Notes under the pieces: generated by a model
Told to the model about the DNA's origin: nothing
The model's input: the letters and a program-made list of their open reading frames with translations, nothing else
Databases searched by the model: none
Translations under genes and position numbers: made by a program
From: an uncultured bacterium
GTDB taxonomy: Bacteria > Krumholzibacteriota > Krumholzibacteriia > WVZY01 > JAKEHA01
Direction: 5' to 3'
Assembly: GCA_965372335.1 (NCBI GenBank)
Contig: CBDVBX010000001.1
Location: 1 to 50,835 of the forward strand
DNA: 50,835 bases
Part shown: positions 1 to 9,044 of the stretch, piece by piece
Numbering within the stretch: the stretch's first letter is position 1
How the letters are laid out: each line of letters begins with the position of its first letter

Positions 1-734
1 AGTAACTGGCTGAATGCACGGAATCCGTAGTAAGACTCGTTGAAGCCCGGTTTCCGCCGCCTGATGGCTTGCTTGACCATCGACCCCCACAGCTTCTCTT
101 CTTCCCCGCGTTCTTCGACGAGCATGTCGATTGTCTCCACGACCAGGTCGAGTGCCTTTTGCCTTCGTACGTCGTCATTCTTCTTCTTTGTCGTCGATTT
201 TGTCGTTCCCTTCTTCATGGTCTTCGGCGGCTTGGCGGGGCGTTTTCGCTTTTCCCGTTTTCGAACCAAATCATCGTAGAAAATAAACTCGTCGCAGTTG
301 GCCGTAAGCAGGTCGGATGTGGAATCCTTTACGCCCACGCCGATCACTACCTTGTCGTTCTCGCGCAGTTTGCTAACCAGCGGGGAGAAATCGGAATCGC
401 CCGATAGGATGACGAATGTGTCCACGTGTGGTTTGGTGTAGCACAGGTCGAGGGCGTCCACGACCATGCGGATGTCGGCGGAATTCTTGCCCGACTGGCG
501 GGCGTGTGGAATCTCGATCAGCTCGAATGCCGCTTCGTGCATTTTGGGCTTGAAATCTTTGTAATAGGACCAGTCGCAATATGCCTTCTTTACCACGATG
601 GTGCCCTTTAGCAGCAGCCGCTCGAGAACTTTGCTGATGTCGAAGTCGGCATATTTAGCCTGGCGAACGCCGATGGCGATGTTTTCGAAGTCGCAGAAAA
701 CCGCCAGGTTGGCTGCATCGGATTGTCCGGTCAC
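1..734 (-). CDS. NYN (LabA-like PIN-fold) domain protein with a C-terminal OST-HTH/LOTUS-like region. The 3' end runs off the window.
   Basis: Absent from the ORF track because it stays open to the window edge. My minus-strand translation starts at GTG 732-734, with GAGGTGA just upstream and an in-frame TGA immediately before it. It reads MTGQSDAANLAVFCDFENIAIGVRQAKYADFDISKVLERLLLKGTIVVKKAYCDWSYYKDF...IEIPHARQSGKNSADIRMVVDALDLCYTKPHVDTFVILSGDSDFSPLVSKLRENDKVVIGVGVKDSTSDLL. A Lys-rich linker follows, then ...LWGSMVKQAIRRRKPGFNESYYGFRAFSQL. The CDxEN, GKNxADI and SGDSDF motifs are the LabA/NYN signature. Confidence 0.8.
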   Translation of the reverse strand, partial: MTGQSDAANLAVFCDFENIAIGVRQAKYADFDISKVLERLLLKGTIVVKKAYCDWSYYKDFKPKMHEAAFELIEIPHARQSGKNSADIRMVVDALDLCYTKPHVDTFVILSGDSDFSPLVSKLRENDKVVIGVGVKDSTSDLLTANCDEFIFYDDLVRKREKRKRPAKPPKTMKKGTTKSTTKKKNDDVRRQKALDLVVETIDMLVEERGEEEKLWGSMVKQAIRRRKPGFNESYYGFRAFSQL

Positions 735-890
735 GTCGGGTCACCTCATTCGGTTTTTGGGTGTTTGTCACGCGCCTTTTGAGTCTGATCATACACGACA
801 CCCACGTCGAGCAGCAGAGAAATTTCAACTTGGTGCTACGACGTCTCTTGTGTTAGCCTCGCCCCTGGACTCACCACAAGGAGGATCGGC

Positions 891-1373
891 GTGCCATCAT
901 TCGATATCGTATCCGAGGTCGACCTGCACGAAGTGTCGAACGCTGTCGACCAGGCCAACCGGGAGCTGACCAAGCGTTTCGATTTCAAGGCTACCAACGC
1001 CCGCTTCGATCTCGAGGGGAGCCAGGTGACCCTTCGCGCCCCAAACGAATTCCAGGTCAAACAGATGTTCGATATTCTCCGCGACAGATTTGCCGCCCGT
1101 AAGGTGGACACCCGGTGCCTTTCCGCCGAAGCGCCCCAAGCCAACGTAAGTGAAACCTGGCAGCTCATTACCGTTCGCCGGGGCATCGAAACGGACCTCG
1201 CCAGGCAGATCGTCAAGATGATCAAAAAAGAAAAGCTCAAGGTCCAGGCGAGCATTCAGGGAGACAAGGTTCGGGTCGCGGGCAAAAAGAAAGACGATCT
1301 TCAGCACGTGATCGAGCTGATGAAAGAGTCCAAAATCGACATGCCGCTGCAGTATGAAAACTACCGCGACTGA
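891..1373 (+). CDS. yajQ: YajQ family (UPF0234) nucleotide / cyclic-di-GMP-binding protein
   Basis: 160-aa ORF with a GTG start preceded by AAGGAGGA. MPSFDIVSEVDLHEVSNAVDQANRELTKRFDFK...KVQASIQGDKVRVAGKKKDDLQ matches the YajQ family over its full length. Confidence 0.9.
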   Translation: MPSFDIVSEVDLHEVSNAVDQANRELTKRFDFKATNARFDLEGSQVTLRAPNEFQVKQMFDILRDRFAARKVDTRCLSAEAPQANVSETWQLITVRRGIETDLARQIVKMIKKEKLKVQASIQGDKVRVAGKKKDDLQHVIELMKESKIDMPLQYENYRD

Positions 1374-1411
1374 ATCGTCAGTGGCACCCCTTGGCGGGAT
1401 GAATATCGCGG

Positions 1412-4400
1412 TTAGATCACGTCTTTGATTCCGGTGTATAACCGCTTCAGCCAGCCCGGCGATTTCTGGGGAAATTCGGTGCGAAGTTCGGTGACGGATT
1501 CCGGCCAGAACGCCGTACCCAGCAAGAACATCATGTCGGCCAGCGTGATGGTGGCATCGCACCCGGATACCGCCACCAGCACTTCGCCGTCCAGGATCAT
1601 TCCCCGTCTGTCCTGATTGTGCGAACCGATCGTGAAGACGAACGTTGCCTTCTCGCATTCCTCACCCGGCAGCGCGGCGAGCTGGCGGTCAAATGCGCTT
1701 TCCAGACCGGAAGCGGAATCGCCCGTTGACGGAATATGAAGCAGATCGGGCGTGATACCCGGGGTTGTCAGCCCCAGGGACTGGTCGTGCCGAATCGCCA
1801 GGTACCGCTCGATCACCGGCCGCCATTCCGCGCAGCGAAAGATATCAAACGCCTGCCTGCTGGCAAAGAACTGCGCTTTCATATGAATGAACGGCTCGTG
1901 GTCGCTGGTGAGCGCCGGAACGCGCGACCTGTCGGGGGGCTCGGGCGGAAACAGCGAATCATAATGCGCGTTGGTCTCCCGCAGATACTCCACAACCGAC
2001 GGGTGGAGTGCAAACTCGCCGGCGAGGAACGGATAGCTCTCCACGCCGTCGACGAATGCTTCCAGCCGGCGCTTCAAGTCATAGACCGGTATATCGCTCG
2101 TGTACAAGCCCACGTGCAGCTCTCCGCCCGTACTCTCGATGTCTTCGCGGAAATACTCGCGCGCCTGAAGCATCATCTCCATGTTTTCGCGCATGAGGTA
2201 CATCGTGGGGGCGGCGCGGCTGGGAGCGTTTTCCGCCGCCGGCCCCACGGGATAGGCGTGTGCGCCGCGAAGCGCCGCGGCGATGAACATGCCCGCCCAA
2301 TACTCGCTGGCCCATATCGAATCCAGCGCGATCATCACACCGCCGGGACCCGCCAGATTGTACAACACCGCTTTGAGCACGGTCGCTTGCTTGTTGCCAA
2401 ACCCGGTGTCGTTTACGAATACGGCGAGCGGTGTGGTACACCCCGACACGCGAAGACCTTCGCAACGTTGTTCGTAGTCCGCCGGCATGGGCCGCGGCCG
2501 AAGGAAAAATGGCACTTCCTTATCTTTGAACCCCTGGCTTAGAAACAATGCGCGTGCGGTCTTCTTGAGCTCGAGGTTCGCCGGACCGCGCACCATCAGG
2601 CTCCGGTCCTCCCAACTGGGACCGTTGTAGTGTTCGCCTACTCCCTGTCCGGTAAAGATTGCCGCCCCCAGCGACGGGTCGTCTTCGAACACGTCACGAA
2701 ACGCGACCTTGCGGTGGTCGCGCAGCAGCGAATCGTCGGCGAATGCGGGGTCGAACGGGTGGGTGATGTTGACTTGGAGCTTGATCAAGCCTCTCAGTTG
2801 GTCTTCACTCATCCCCCGCAGCGTCGAAGACTCCGATATCGTGGCGCGCAAAGCGGCGTGGGCGGCCACCACCTGGGCCTGAATATCTTTGTCTTTGAGC
2901 TTCAGCTTCGTTCCATCGTAGAGGTTCTCCAGAAAAGTGATGACCTCGCGGGATTTGTTGGTCTGGTAATAAAACTCATCGAGGAACAAGATGAACTGCG
3001 GAAGCCGGTCGCGCTTACCCTCGTCCATCTCGCGAATCGCCGTTCGAAACGCCCGAATATACCCGTCCATGACCACGTTCCACCCGATGACATCCGTCTC
3101 GCCCTTGCCGACGCGGCCGCGGAAATCGTGAATGACGAACACGTGGTAGGCTCGCGTCTCCTGTATCATCTGCTTCAAATGGATGTGGAACTGTTCGTTG
3201 AGAAGGTACTCGATGCAGTTGGCATCCGTGAACGCCTGTCCGGTCAGTCTCGAAATAACCTCGTCGACCTCCGCCTGGGTATCGTACTGTTCCGGCCGTA
3301 GGCCATAGTTCAACGGCAGCCACGCCAGACGCGACTGGCGGAGCCAGATGAGATGGGCCTGCTTCCACCGGTTGCGGTTGTCGATTGCGACGTCTTGTAT
3401 TTTGTTGCAGGTGCGCCAGAACACTTCCCGCGATGCCGTCTCGCGTTGGGTATTGCCGGTCACGTACTCGCTTTGCGCCAGGTGGGCGTCGAACGCCGCG
3501 ATCGCATTGGCGATCAAACCCGCCGGGTGATGCGGATCCTTGTTCTGACCGAATAACCGGTTCCACGGTACGACGATTTCGTCGAACACGATTGACTCCG
3601 CAGCCACGGCGGTTTCCTCACCGGCGGCGCTGTCGCCACCCAGCACGATCGCGTAAGCTCTTGCCATCGAACCGTGATAGCGATTGTCCTCGTCCAGGAA
3701 GGTGTGGCCCGGTTGCGATATGTGTTGCTTGTACGTTTGCGCGCTCTCATCGAAGTCTTCGCCGGTCTTGAAATGCGGTGTCAGCAGACGGTCCATCCAC
3801 ACCAGGCCGTGCTCCACGTTTGCCATCGCCCGATTCAGGTCGTCGCGATCGTCCGCCGACAATCCGTCCAAGGCACCTTCTTTTTCCTTGGGCACTTTGC
3901 CTTTGGGGAGAGTGGTGTAGTCTTTGGTGGGCCGCGTTAGTCGATACTTGCTGAAGGGATTGTTGAACGTGATTCCGACCATCAATTGCTGGTCCCACGG
4001 CCGGACGTCGATACGAAACTCGTCTCCCTTGTTTAACAGTCCCCCTCTGGTGATGGCGAGTTCGGCGACGATGGCGGGGATGAACTTCTGATCAAGAAAA
4101 TTGTATTCGCCCCCGAGCCGCACCCAAGGGACCTTGAAGTACGCCCCAATCGCGTAGTCGAATTCGCGGTCCGCCGCGCCGAGAGCCAGTTCCGCGGTGA
4201 CCGACCCGAAACCGAATTGCGGGTACAGCCCCAGGGTGGTCACATCGAGGAACACACGGCCCGAGAAGCGCTCGACGTCGAAGTCGTATCCGACCAGCGG
4301 CCCCCACGTGTATCGGATCTTGTTCGGCTGACCCATGGTGACCGGCGTTGGCGGAATCTTCGGCGTGTCTGGAAGCTGCCCGAACGCCGTATCCATTATC

Positions 4401-4444
4401 ACGATGGCCAGGATCATGCTGCAAAGAAACAATTTCACGCGCAT
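1412..4444 (-). CDS. Large (1010 aa) secreted or envelope protein with phospholipase-D-like HKD motifs
   Basis: Has an N-terminal signal peptide (MRVKLFLCSMILAIVIMDTAFG). The first ~170 aa are rich in beta-strands and look barrel-like. HRKVAFRD fits HxKxxxxD. A second HMKAQFF is followed about 90 aa later by TIGSHNQDRRGMILDGE, which fits the GSxNxDxRS...E tail of an HKD motif. It is the last gene of the OMP/patatin operon. Confidence 0.55.
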   Translation of the reverse strand: MRVKLFLCSMILAIVIMDTAFGQLPDTPKIPPTPVTMGQPNKIRYTWGPLVGYDFDVERFSGRVFLDVTTLGLYPQFGFGSVTAELALGAADREFDYAIGAYFKVPWVRLGGEYNFLDQKFIPAIVAELAITRGGLLNKGDEFRIDVRPWDQQLMVGITFNNPFSKYRLTRPTKDYTTLPKGKVPKEKEGALDGLSADDRDDLNRAMANVEHGLVWMDRLLTPHFKTGEDFDESAQTYKQHISQPGHTFLDEDNRYHGSMARAYAIVLGGDSAAGEETAVAAESIVFDEIVVPWNRLFGQNKDPHHPAGLIANAIAAFDAHLAQSEYVTGNTQRETASREVFWRTCNKIQDVAIDNRNRWKQAHLIWLRQSRLAWLPLNYGLRPEQYDTQAEVDEVISRLTGQAFTDANCIEYLLNEQFHIHLKQMIQETRAYHVFVIHDFRGRVGKGETDVIGWNVVMDGYIRAFRTAIREMDEGKRDRLPQFILFLDEFYYQTNKSREVITFLENLYDGTKLKLKDKDIQAQVVAAHAALRATISESSTLRGMSEDQLRGLIKLQVNITHPFDPAFADDSLLRDHRKVAFRDVFEDDPSLGAAIFTGQGVGEHYNGPSWEDRSLMVRGPANLELKKTARALFLSQGFKDKEVPFFLRPRPMPADYEQRCEGLRVSGCTTPLAVFVNDTGFGNKQATVLKAVLYNLAGPGGVMIALDSIWASEYWAGMFIAAALRGAHAYPVGPAAENAPSRAAPTMYLMRENMEMMLQAREYFREDIESTGGELHVGLYTSDIPVYDLKRRLEAFVDGVESYPFLAGEFALHPSVVEYLRETNAHYDSLFPPEPPDRSRVPALTSDHEPFIHMKAQFFASRQAFDIFRCAEWRPVIERYLAIRHDQSLGLTTPGITPDLLHIPSTGDSASGLESAFDRQLAALPGEECEKATFVFTIGSHNQDRRGMILDGEVLVAVSGCDATITLADMMFLLGTAFWPESVTELRTEFPQKSPGWLKRLYTGIKDVI

Positions 4445-4596
4445 TGTACCTTTCTTCGAAGTTGGCGCGACCGGATAAGAGTCGATTGTACTACACTACC
4501 CTTATGATTAACGACATTTCCCACAGCGGTTTGTGTCGATTTTGGCCATCCGGCCGGCAATTCGACCATTATATGGATTGTCCGAAGCTTGGCCGG

Positions 4597-6831
4597 TTAC
4601 CACGCACGGAATCCGGAAGGCCGGTGGGTGGGCGGTTGGCCCAGGAATAGATAGTAGTTGGAGCGGCCGCCTTCGGCGAGACCCCACGCGAGGTAGATCG
4701 GCCCGATGATCGTGTCGACGCCGAAAAACACACTGCCTGCAGCGATGCCACTGTCGAAGTTGATGTCGCTTTTCTGCCCGAATACATTCCCGTATTCCAC
4801 CGACAGACCAAGGTAAGCCGGCAGCAGCTTTGAATTCCACATCCGGCGGAAGAACGTGCCGTATAGCAACGCGGCGTGTTGGCCGCGTAGCTCGTTGTAC
4901 TCCAAGCCGGAAAGACGGGTGAATCCACCGAGGCCAAACAGATTCTGAAACGGCGCGTTGCTGTTGCGGGTGGTGCCGTACATGCCGCCGACGAGACCCG
5001 TGTAGCGTCCCCGCGTGTACGGGTACGAACCTTGGACGAATCCCTGCTCGTAGTTGACGTCGGACCCCAACGCCTCCCGCCCGGCCGCGAACCGAATTCG
5101 AAACGTGCCCCCGTAGCGCGGAAATGCAACGTCGTCCACCTCGTCCACAAAGAACTGCACGAACGCGTCTCCCGTGTCAAAACTGCTCTTGGGTAACGAT
5201 GGATCACCCACCTGTATACTGGTCGTGCCGGCCTCGCGGATAATGCCAAGGCGGACGTCGCCCCACGTCCCCAACTCGCGACCGATGGCGGCGTTGATCC
5301 CGTAGCGCCTCACGTTCCATTCGGTGAGCTTTTGGCCCTCGTCGTCGAACACGTTTTCGGCCTGCTCGCCGGCCAGAGCCATCAAGTGGACGTATTTGCG
5401 AAGCTTGTGGTCGATAGGCTGGAACAGCTCGGTGAAAACACCGGGCTCCCGGCCGATCTGGATGGCGGTACGCCACTCACCGCCCAGCCGGTTTATCGGC
5501 GTGCGTGTGAAGGCCCCAGCAATATTGAAGTTGGGGCCCTCGTAGTCCTCGAACACCGCCACGCCGAACTGAAGGTAGTTTGGCCCCCACGACGCCTCGC
5601 GGACCGTGACCGTCAGCACCGTGCGTCCCGACTCGATGGTGACGTCGTAGTACACCAATTCGAATATTTCCAGCCCGTAGATCTGGCCCAGGTCCCTTTC
5701 CAACCGCGCGATGTCGAGAGGCTCGCCGGTCTTTGTGCCGAGTCGGGCGGCAATTACGCCGTCGGACAGACGCGACTGGTTGACGATTCGGATCTCATCT
5801 ATAACTGGCCGCTCGGTGGTACGACGCTCGCGACCGTCTACGTGAGCCTGGTATTCCTCTACCGGTAGCGACAATCGTTCGAGCTTATCGAGGGCCGTCT
5901 CCGCGGCGGTCACACCCGCGGGTATCGCTTCGGCGGCGCGGTCGAACGACGCCGTCGTGATGTCACCAAGGTCGGGTTGAATGAACACGTCGATATCGGT
6001 GAGCGACGCAATTTGTTCGTCGGTATTGCGTCGCGTCAGAATGGTCATCAACTGATCCGTGACGGCCAACAGCGACTGGATCTGCTCGCGTTCCGCCAGC
6101 GGGGTGCTGATGTCGACCGCGATCACCACATCGGCGCCCATCCGTCGAACGGCGTCTATGGGCAAGTTGCTGCTCACACCGCCGTCGACGAGCAGCCTTC
6201 CGTCGATCTCCCGCGGCGCGAACACCACAGGGATAGACATGCTGGCTCGCATCGCCAGCGCGAGGTCGCCGTGGTCCAGCACCACCGGCTCACCCGTCAC
6301 AATGTCGGCAGCGACGGCGCGGAAAGGAATCGCCAGGTCGTCGAAGTCGCGTACTGTCACCACAGGCAGCGTGTACTTCTTCAACAGCAGATCGATCTTC
6401 TGGCCGTCGAGTATGCCCTTGGGAAAGTGGAAGCCGCCGGGAGCCACGCCCGGTTTGTTCTTGACCAAGAACAGATCGTCGTCGCGCTTGCGGCGAAACG
6501 ACCGGTCCTCCCTCGGGATCCTGTCGACGAACGCGTCCGCCCAGTCCACCTCGGAGATCAGCGCCTCCAATTCATCGGTCGACAGGCCCGACGCGTACAG
6601 TCCGCCCACGATCGCTCCCATACTGGTACCGGCGATGTAATCGATCGGGATGCGGTACTCTTCCAGTACCTTGAGCACACCGATGTGCGCTGCGCCGCGC
6701 GCGCCCCCGCCGCTGAGAGCTAGGCCGATTTTCGGGCGGTCTGCGGATCCACTCGCCGGTACGGGCAGCACTGCCGAAGCCACGGCCAACGCGCAAAGAA
6801 TGCTGATCGCCCGTCGCACCCTAGAACACAT
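4597..6831 (-). CDS. Patatin-like phospholipase fused to POTRA and an Omp85-type beta-barrel (PlpD-like, type Vd autotransporter architecture)
   Basis: Signal peptide present. GLALSGGGARGAAHIGV is the oxyanion motif, GTSMG is the GxSxG nucleophile elbow and LVDGGVSSNLP is the catalytic Asp motif. About 350 aa of beta-strand-rich C-terminus ends in an aromatic residue. Overlaps the upstream OMP gene by 11 nt. Confidence 0.85.
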   Translation of the reverse strand: MCSRVRRAISILCALAVASAVLPVPASGSADRPKIGLALSGGGARGAAHIGVLKVLEEYRIPIDYIAGTSMGAIVGGLYASGLSTDELEALISEVDWADAFVDRIPREDRSFRRKRDDDLFLVKNKPGVAPGGFHFPKGILDGQKIDLLLKKYTLPVVTVRDFDDLAIPFRAVAADIVTGEPVVLDHGDLALAMRASMSIPVVFAPREIDGRLLVDGGVSSNLPIDAVRRMGADVVIAVDISTPLAEREQIQSLLAVTDQLMTILTRRNTDEQIASLTDIDVFIQPDLGDITTASFDRAAEAIPAGVTAAETALDKLERLSLPVEEYQAHVDGRERRTTERPVIDEIRIVNQSRLSDGVIAARLGTKTGEPLDIARLERDLGQIYGLEIFELVYYDVTIESGRTVLTVTVREASWGPNYLQFGVAVFEDYEGPNFNIAGAFTRTPINRLGGEWRTAIQIGREPGVFTELFQPIDHKLRKYVHLMALAGEQAENVFDDEGQKLTEWNVRRYGINAAIGRELGTWGDVRLGIIREAGTTSIQVGDPSLPKSSFDTGDAFVQFFVDEVDDVAFPRYGGTFRIRFAAGREALGSDVNYEQGFVQGSYPYTRGRYTGLVGGMYGTTRNSNAPFQNLFGLGGFTRLSGLEYNELRGQHAALLYGTFFRRMWNSKLLPAYLGLSVEYGNVFGQKSDINFDSGIAAGSVFFGVDTIIGPIYLAWGLAEGGRSNYYLFLGQPPTHRPSGFRAW

Positions 6832-7489
6832 ATCCTAACAGGAAGGAGAAACCTTGGTTTTTGATGTTGTCCGCCTCGATCGTCTCCGTGTCGCCCATGA
6901 TCTCGAAGTCACCGGTGGTAATGACGTTGGTAAATCCACGTTGATACCGTATGTCGAACGTGATCATCGCGTTTCCGACGTCCCACTCGAAGCCCGTTCC
7001 CAGAATCCCTCCGAAGTCATTCACGTGAGTCAGAGAACCGAAATCAACCGACACCGAGAGCAACGAAGCGGAAAGCTCCAACTCTGAGTTCAACGTGTAC
7101 GAAAGCACCGGTCCGGCATAGAAGATCGGCCTAAAGCTCCCTTTGAGGGGAACGGTATAGACGAGCAAGAGCGGCAATTCTACGTAGTCGAATGACGCAG
7201 TTAGATCGACGTCGACGATATCATAGTCGAGCAGCTTGGTTGTCACCCCTCTCTGGGAGTACAACAACTCTGGCTGGAGACTGAGCCAGTGGTTGAACCT
7301 ATAGATTAGGACAGCGCCAGCGGCAAAACCCGATTTGAAAGACATGTCGGCATCCCACGACGTCGGGTTCTCCGTAATCGTGGTCACGTTGAGACCCGCT
7401 TTGATGCCGAAGGATACATTGCCAGCGTCGGCGGTGTTATGGGCTATAGAAAGTAGGAGGACGATGATGAGGTGTTTGCGAAGCTTCAA
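6821..7489 (-). CDS. Small outer-membrane beta-barrel protein (OMP_b-brl_2-like)
   Basis: 222 aa. Signal peptide MKLRKHLIIVLLLSIAHNTADA. Alternating hydrophobic beta-strand pattern (FGIKAGLNVTT...) and a C-terminal ...FSFLLGYVF typical of OMP sorting signals. Confidence 0.75.
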   Translation of the reverse strand: MKLRKHLIIVLLLSIAHNTADAGNVSFGIKAGLNVTTITENPTSWDADMSFKSGFAAGAVLIYRFNHWLSLQPELLYSQRGVTTKLLDYDIVDVDLTASFDYVELPLLLVYTVPLKGSFRPIFYAGPVLSYTLNSELELSASLLSVSVDFGSLTHVNDFGGILGTGFEWDVGNAMITFDIRYQRGFTNVITTGDFEIMGDTETIEADNIKNQGFSFLLGYVF

Positions 7490-7532
7490 GGTTGCCCCCT
7501 TGTGTTGTGGGTTGCGCGCGTCCGAATATTTC

Positions 7533-8258
7533 TCACAAGAACCGATATCCCAAGCCGACGTTCACCGAGATCAAGTTCAAGTGTCCCAGGCCGAACAAGC
7601 CGTTGTTGCAGATCAACCCCGAGAAACCGGGCGGAAACACCGAGAATTCGATTTCTCCGAAATCAATGTACTTCAAGCTGGTCCCCAGACTCCAAGACTT
7701 GTCGAAATAGTAGTCCGCCGAAAAGCTCAACCCTAGGGCGATGTCCTTGCTGATCTCGATATTGTCGGCTGGCCACCCCGTCGCGATGACCCCCAGCGCG
7801 ATCAATCCGCCCGCGTACAGATCCAAGTTTTTACCGGGCGTGAAGTGGTAGTTCGCCCCGACGGTTGGAAACGTGAAGTTGGGGGCGCCTTTGATATCGA
7901 AGCCCGTCGCGACGAATTCAATCTCCACAATTTCGGCCCAGTATATAAAGCTGACTTCGATCCCGATCCTGCGGGCGAACACGTACTCGAAGGCGGCCAG
8001 GACTCCGCCGGTCGTGTTGACCTTGATCGAGCTGTAGAAATCCAGCAGGTTGAGTAACGGTATGTCGCACGTATTCCAAGCCTCCACCTGGTTTTCGCCC
8101 AGGGGGACGGCCAGGCTGCCCTGGAATTTCAGTGTCCCCCAGTGAGTCGCGGACTTCCAATCTTCTTCCGCTACAGAATCAGAAACCAACAGTCCAATCA
8201 TGATGGCGGCCACTACGGCGATGACCACAAGGGGATCGGCCCTAAAAGGTTTGTCCAT
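7533..8258 (-). CDS. OmpW-like outer-membrane beta-barrel protein
   Basis: 241 aa with an N-terminal hydrophobic anchor or signal. Amphipathic strands such as GANYHFTPGKNLDLYAGGL and GLSFSADYYF. C-terminus is NVGLGYRFL. First gene of the minus-strand envelope operon. Confidence 0.65.
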   Translation of the reverse strand: MDKPFRADPLVVIAVVAAIMIGLLVSDSVAEEDWKSATHWGTLKFQGSLAVPLGENQVEAWNTCDIPLLNLLDFYSSIKVNTTGGVLAAFEYVFARRIGIEVSFIYWAEIVEIEFVATGFDIKGAPNFTFPTVGANYHFTPGKNLDLYAGGLIALGVIATGWPADNIEISKDIALGLSFSADYYFDKSWSLGTSLKYIDFGEIEFSVFPPGFSGLICNNGLFGLGHLNLISVNVGLGYRFL

Positions 8259-8388
8259 ACGGTGCTACTTCCGGAAGTTGACGGTTGGATTACAATTATA
8301 CAATTTCGGACAAAACAGGTCAAATATCACCTTGCTTTAGACTGGGATGGTTTTTTTGTTCGAATTCACTTTTTCCAGAGCAAGGGGC

Positions 8389-8417
8389 TTGACAAATAAA
8401 TCGGACCGTTTTAGTGT
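8389..8417 (+). promoter_or_regulatory. Candidate sigma-70-type promoter (TTGACA-17 nt-TAGTGT) for the leader of the cysteine operon
   Basis: TTGACA lies at 8389-8394 and TAGTGT at 8412-8417, with a 17-nt spacer, inside an AT-richer 354-bp intergenic region. The organism's promoter consensus is unknown. Confidence 0.3.
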
Positions 8418-8559
8418 TATTAAGTGACAGGTAAACTGATGAGACTCAATCCGCGGAAGGATCGTCATTGTTGTTGCGGAATCCATATCAGTCCGGTTGC
8501 CGCCGCGGATCGGTCTGTGGGTTGACGACTCGATCGACCTGACAGAATCTAACGAGCGG

Positions 8560-8583
8560 CCGCCGGACACCCGGCGGTTTTTT
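8560..8583 (+). terminator. Intrinsic terminator-like hairpin inside the 5' leader of the mec/cysO-moeB/cysM operon
   Basis: CCGCCGG-ACAC-CCGGCGG is a 7-bp perfect GC stem, followed by TTTTTT. It sits 30 nt before the GTG start at 8613. No plus-strand gene ends upstream, so it cannot be an ordinary gene-end terminator. Confidence 0.6.
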
Positions 8584-8612
8584 CACTCTCGACATAAGGT
8601 GGAACGATAAAC

Positions 8613-9044
8613 GTGATTGACGAGGCAAGATACGCATTGAGATTGCGGAAAGTGCTGCGCGAAGAAATCGAGTTGAACGCGTTGAACGGTTATCCGGATG
8701 AGTCCTGCGGTTTGTTGATCGGCGGGTGCAACGGGGATGAAACGATCGTCGAACACATGACTGCTGCGCTCAACCTCGACACCAAACGTCCGCGAGACCG
8801 CTACGTACTCGACCCGGACGATTTCGCCCGTGCCGATCGACTGGCATCTGCCCGTGGTTTGGATGTTGTCGGGATCTGGCATTCGCACCCCGATCATCCT
8901 GCAGAGCCGTCGCAAACCGATTTGGAAGCGGCTTGGCCGCGGTACTCGTATGTAATCGTCTCCGTCACCGAGGGAAGCGCGGGACCAATCCGATCTTGGC
9001 GTCTCGCCGATGGTCGGTTCGAAGAAGAAAGGTTGGAGTTATGA
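8613..9044 (+). CDS. mec: JAMM/MPN+ metalloprotease (Mec-like, CysO/Ubl C-terminal hydrolase)
   Basis: 143 aa with a GTG start after AAGGTGGA. An E-x-C-G region (PDESCGLLIG) and the HSHPDHPAEPSQTD motif (HxHx7Sx2D) are the JAMM signature. Its stop overlaps the next start as ATGA. Confidence 0.85.
   Translation: MIDEARYALRLRKVLREEIELNALNGYPDESCGLLIGGCNGDETIVEHMTAALNLDTKRPRDRYVLDPDDFARADRLASARGLDVVGIWHSHPDHPAEPSQTDLEAAWPRYSYVIVSVTEGSAGPIRSWRLADGRFEEERLEL

Noticed and set aside
897-1658. 253-aa minus-strand ORF overlapping yajQ and the 3' end of the PLD-like gene
   Set aside because: It is antisense to a full-length, family-matching yajQ. Its composition is Arg/Gly/His-rich and low-complexity, as expected for shadow ORFs in GC-rich DNA.
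8436-8443. CUGAUGAG, the hammerhead ribozyme core box, inside the cysteine-operon leader
   Set aside because: There is no matching CGAAA/GAAAC box, and no helices I-III of appropriate geometry can be drawn around it. An 8-mer is expected by chance.
8337-8570. 77-aa minus-strand ORF in the 8259-8612 intergenic region
   Set aside because: It has no SD and odd composition. It runs through the promoter-like and hairpin elements. The region is better explained as a plus-strand non-coding leader.
8933-9040. Upstream start (8933) for the CysO-rhodanese-E1 fusion
   Set aside because: The 36 extra codons are Arg-rich and lie inside the mec coding region. The ATG at 9041 forms an ATGA overlap with the mec stop and gives a CysO-like N-terminus.
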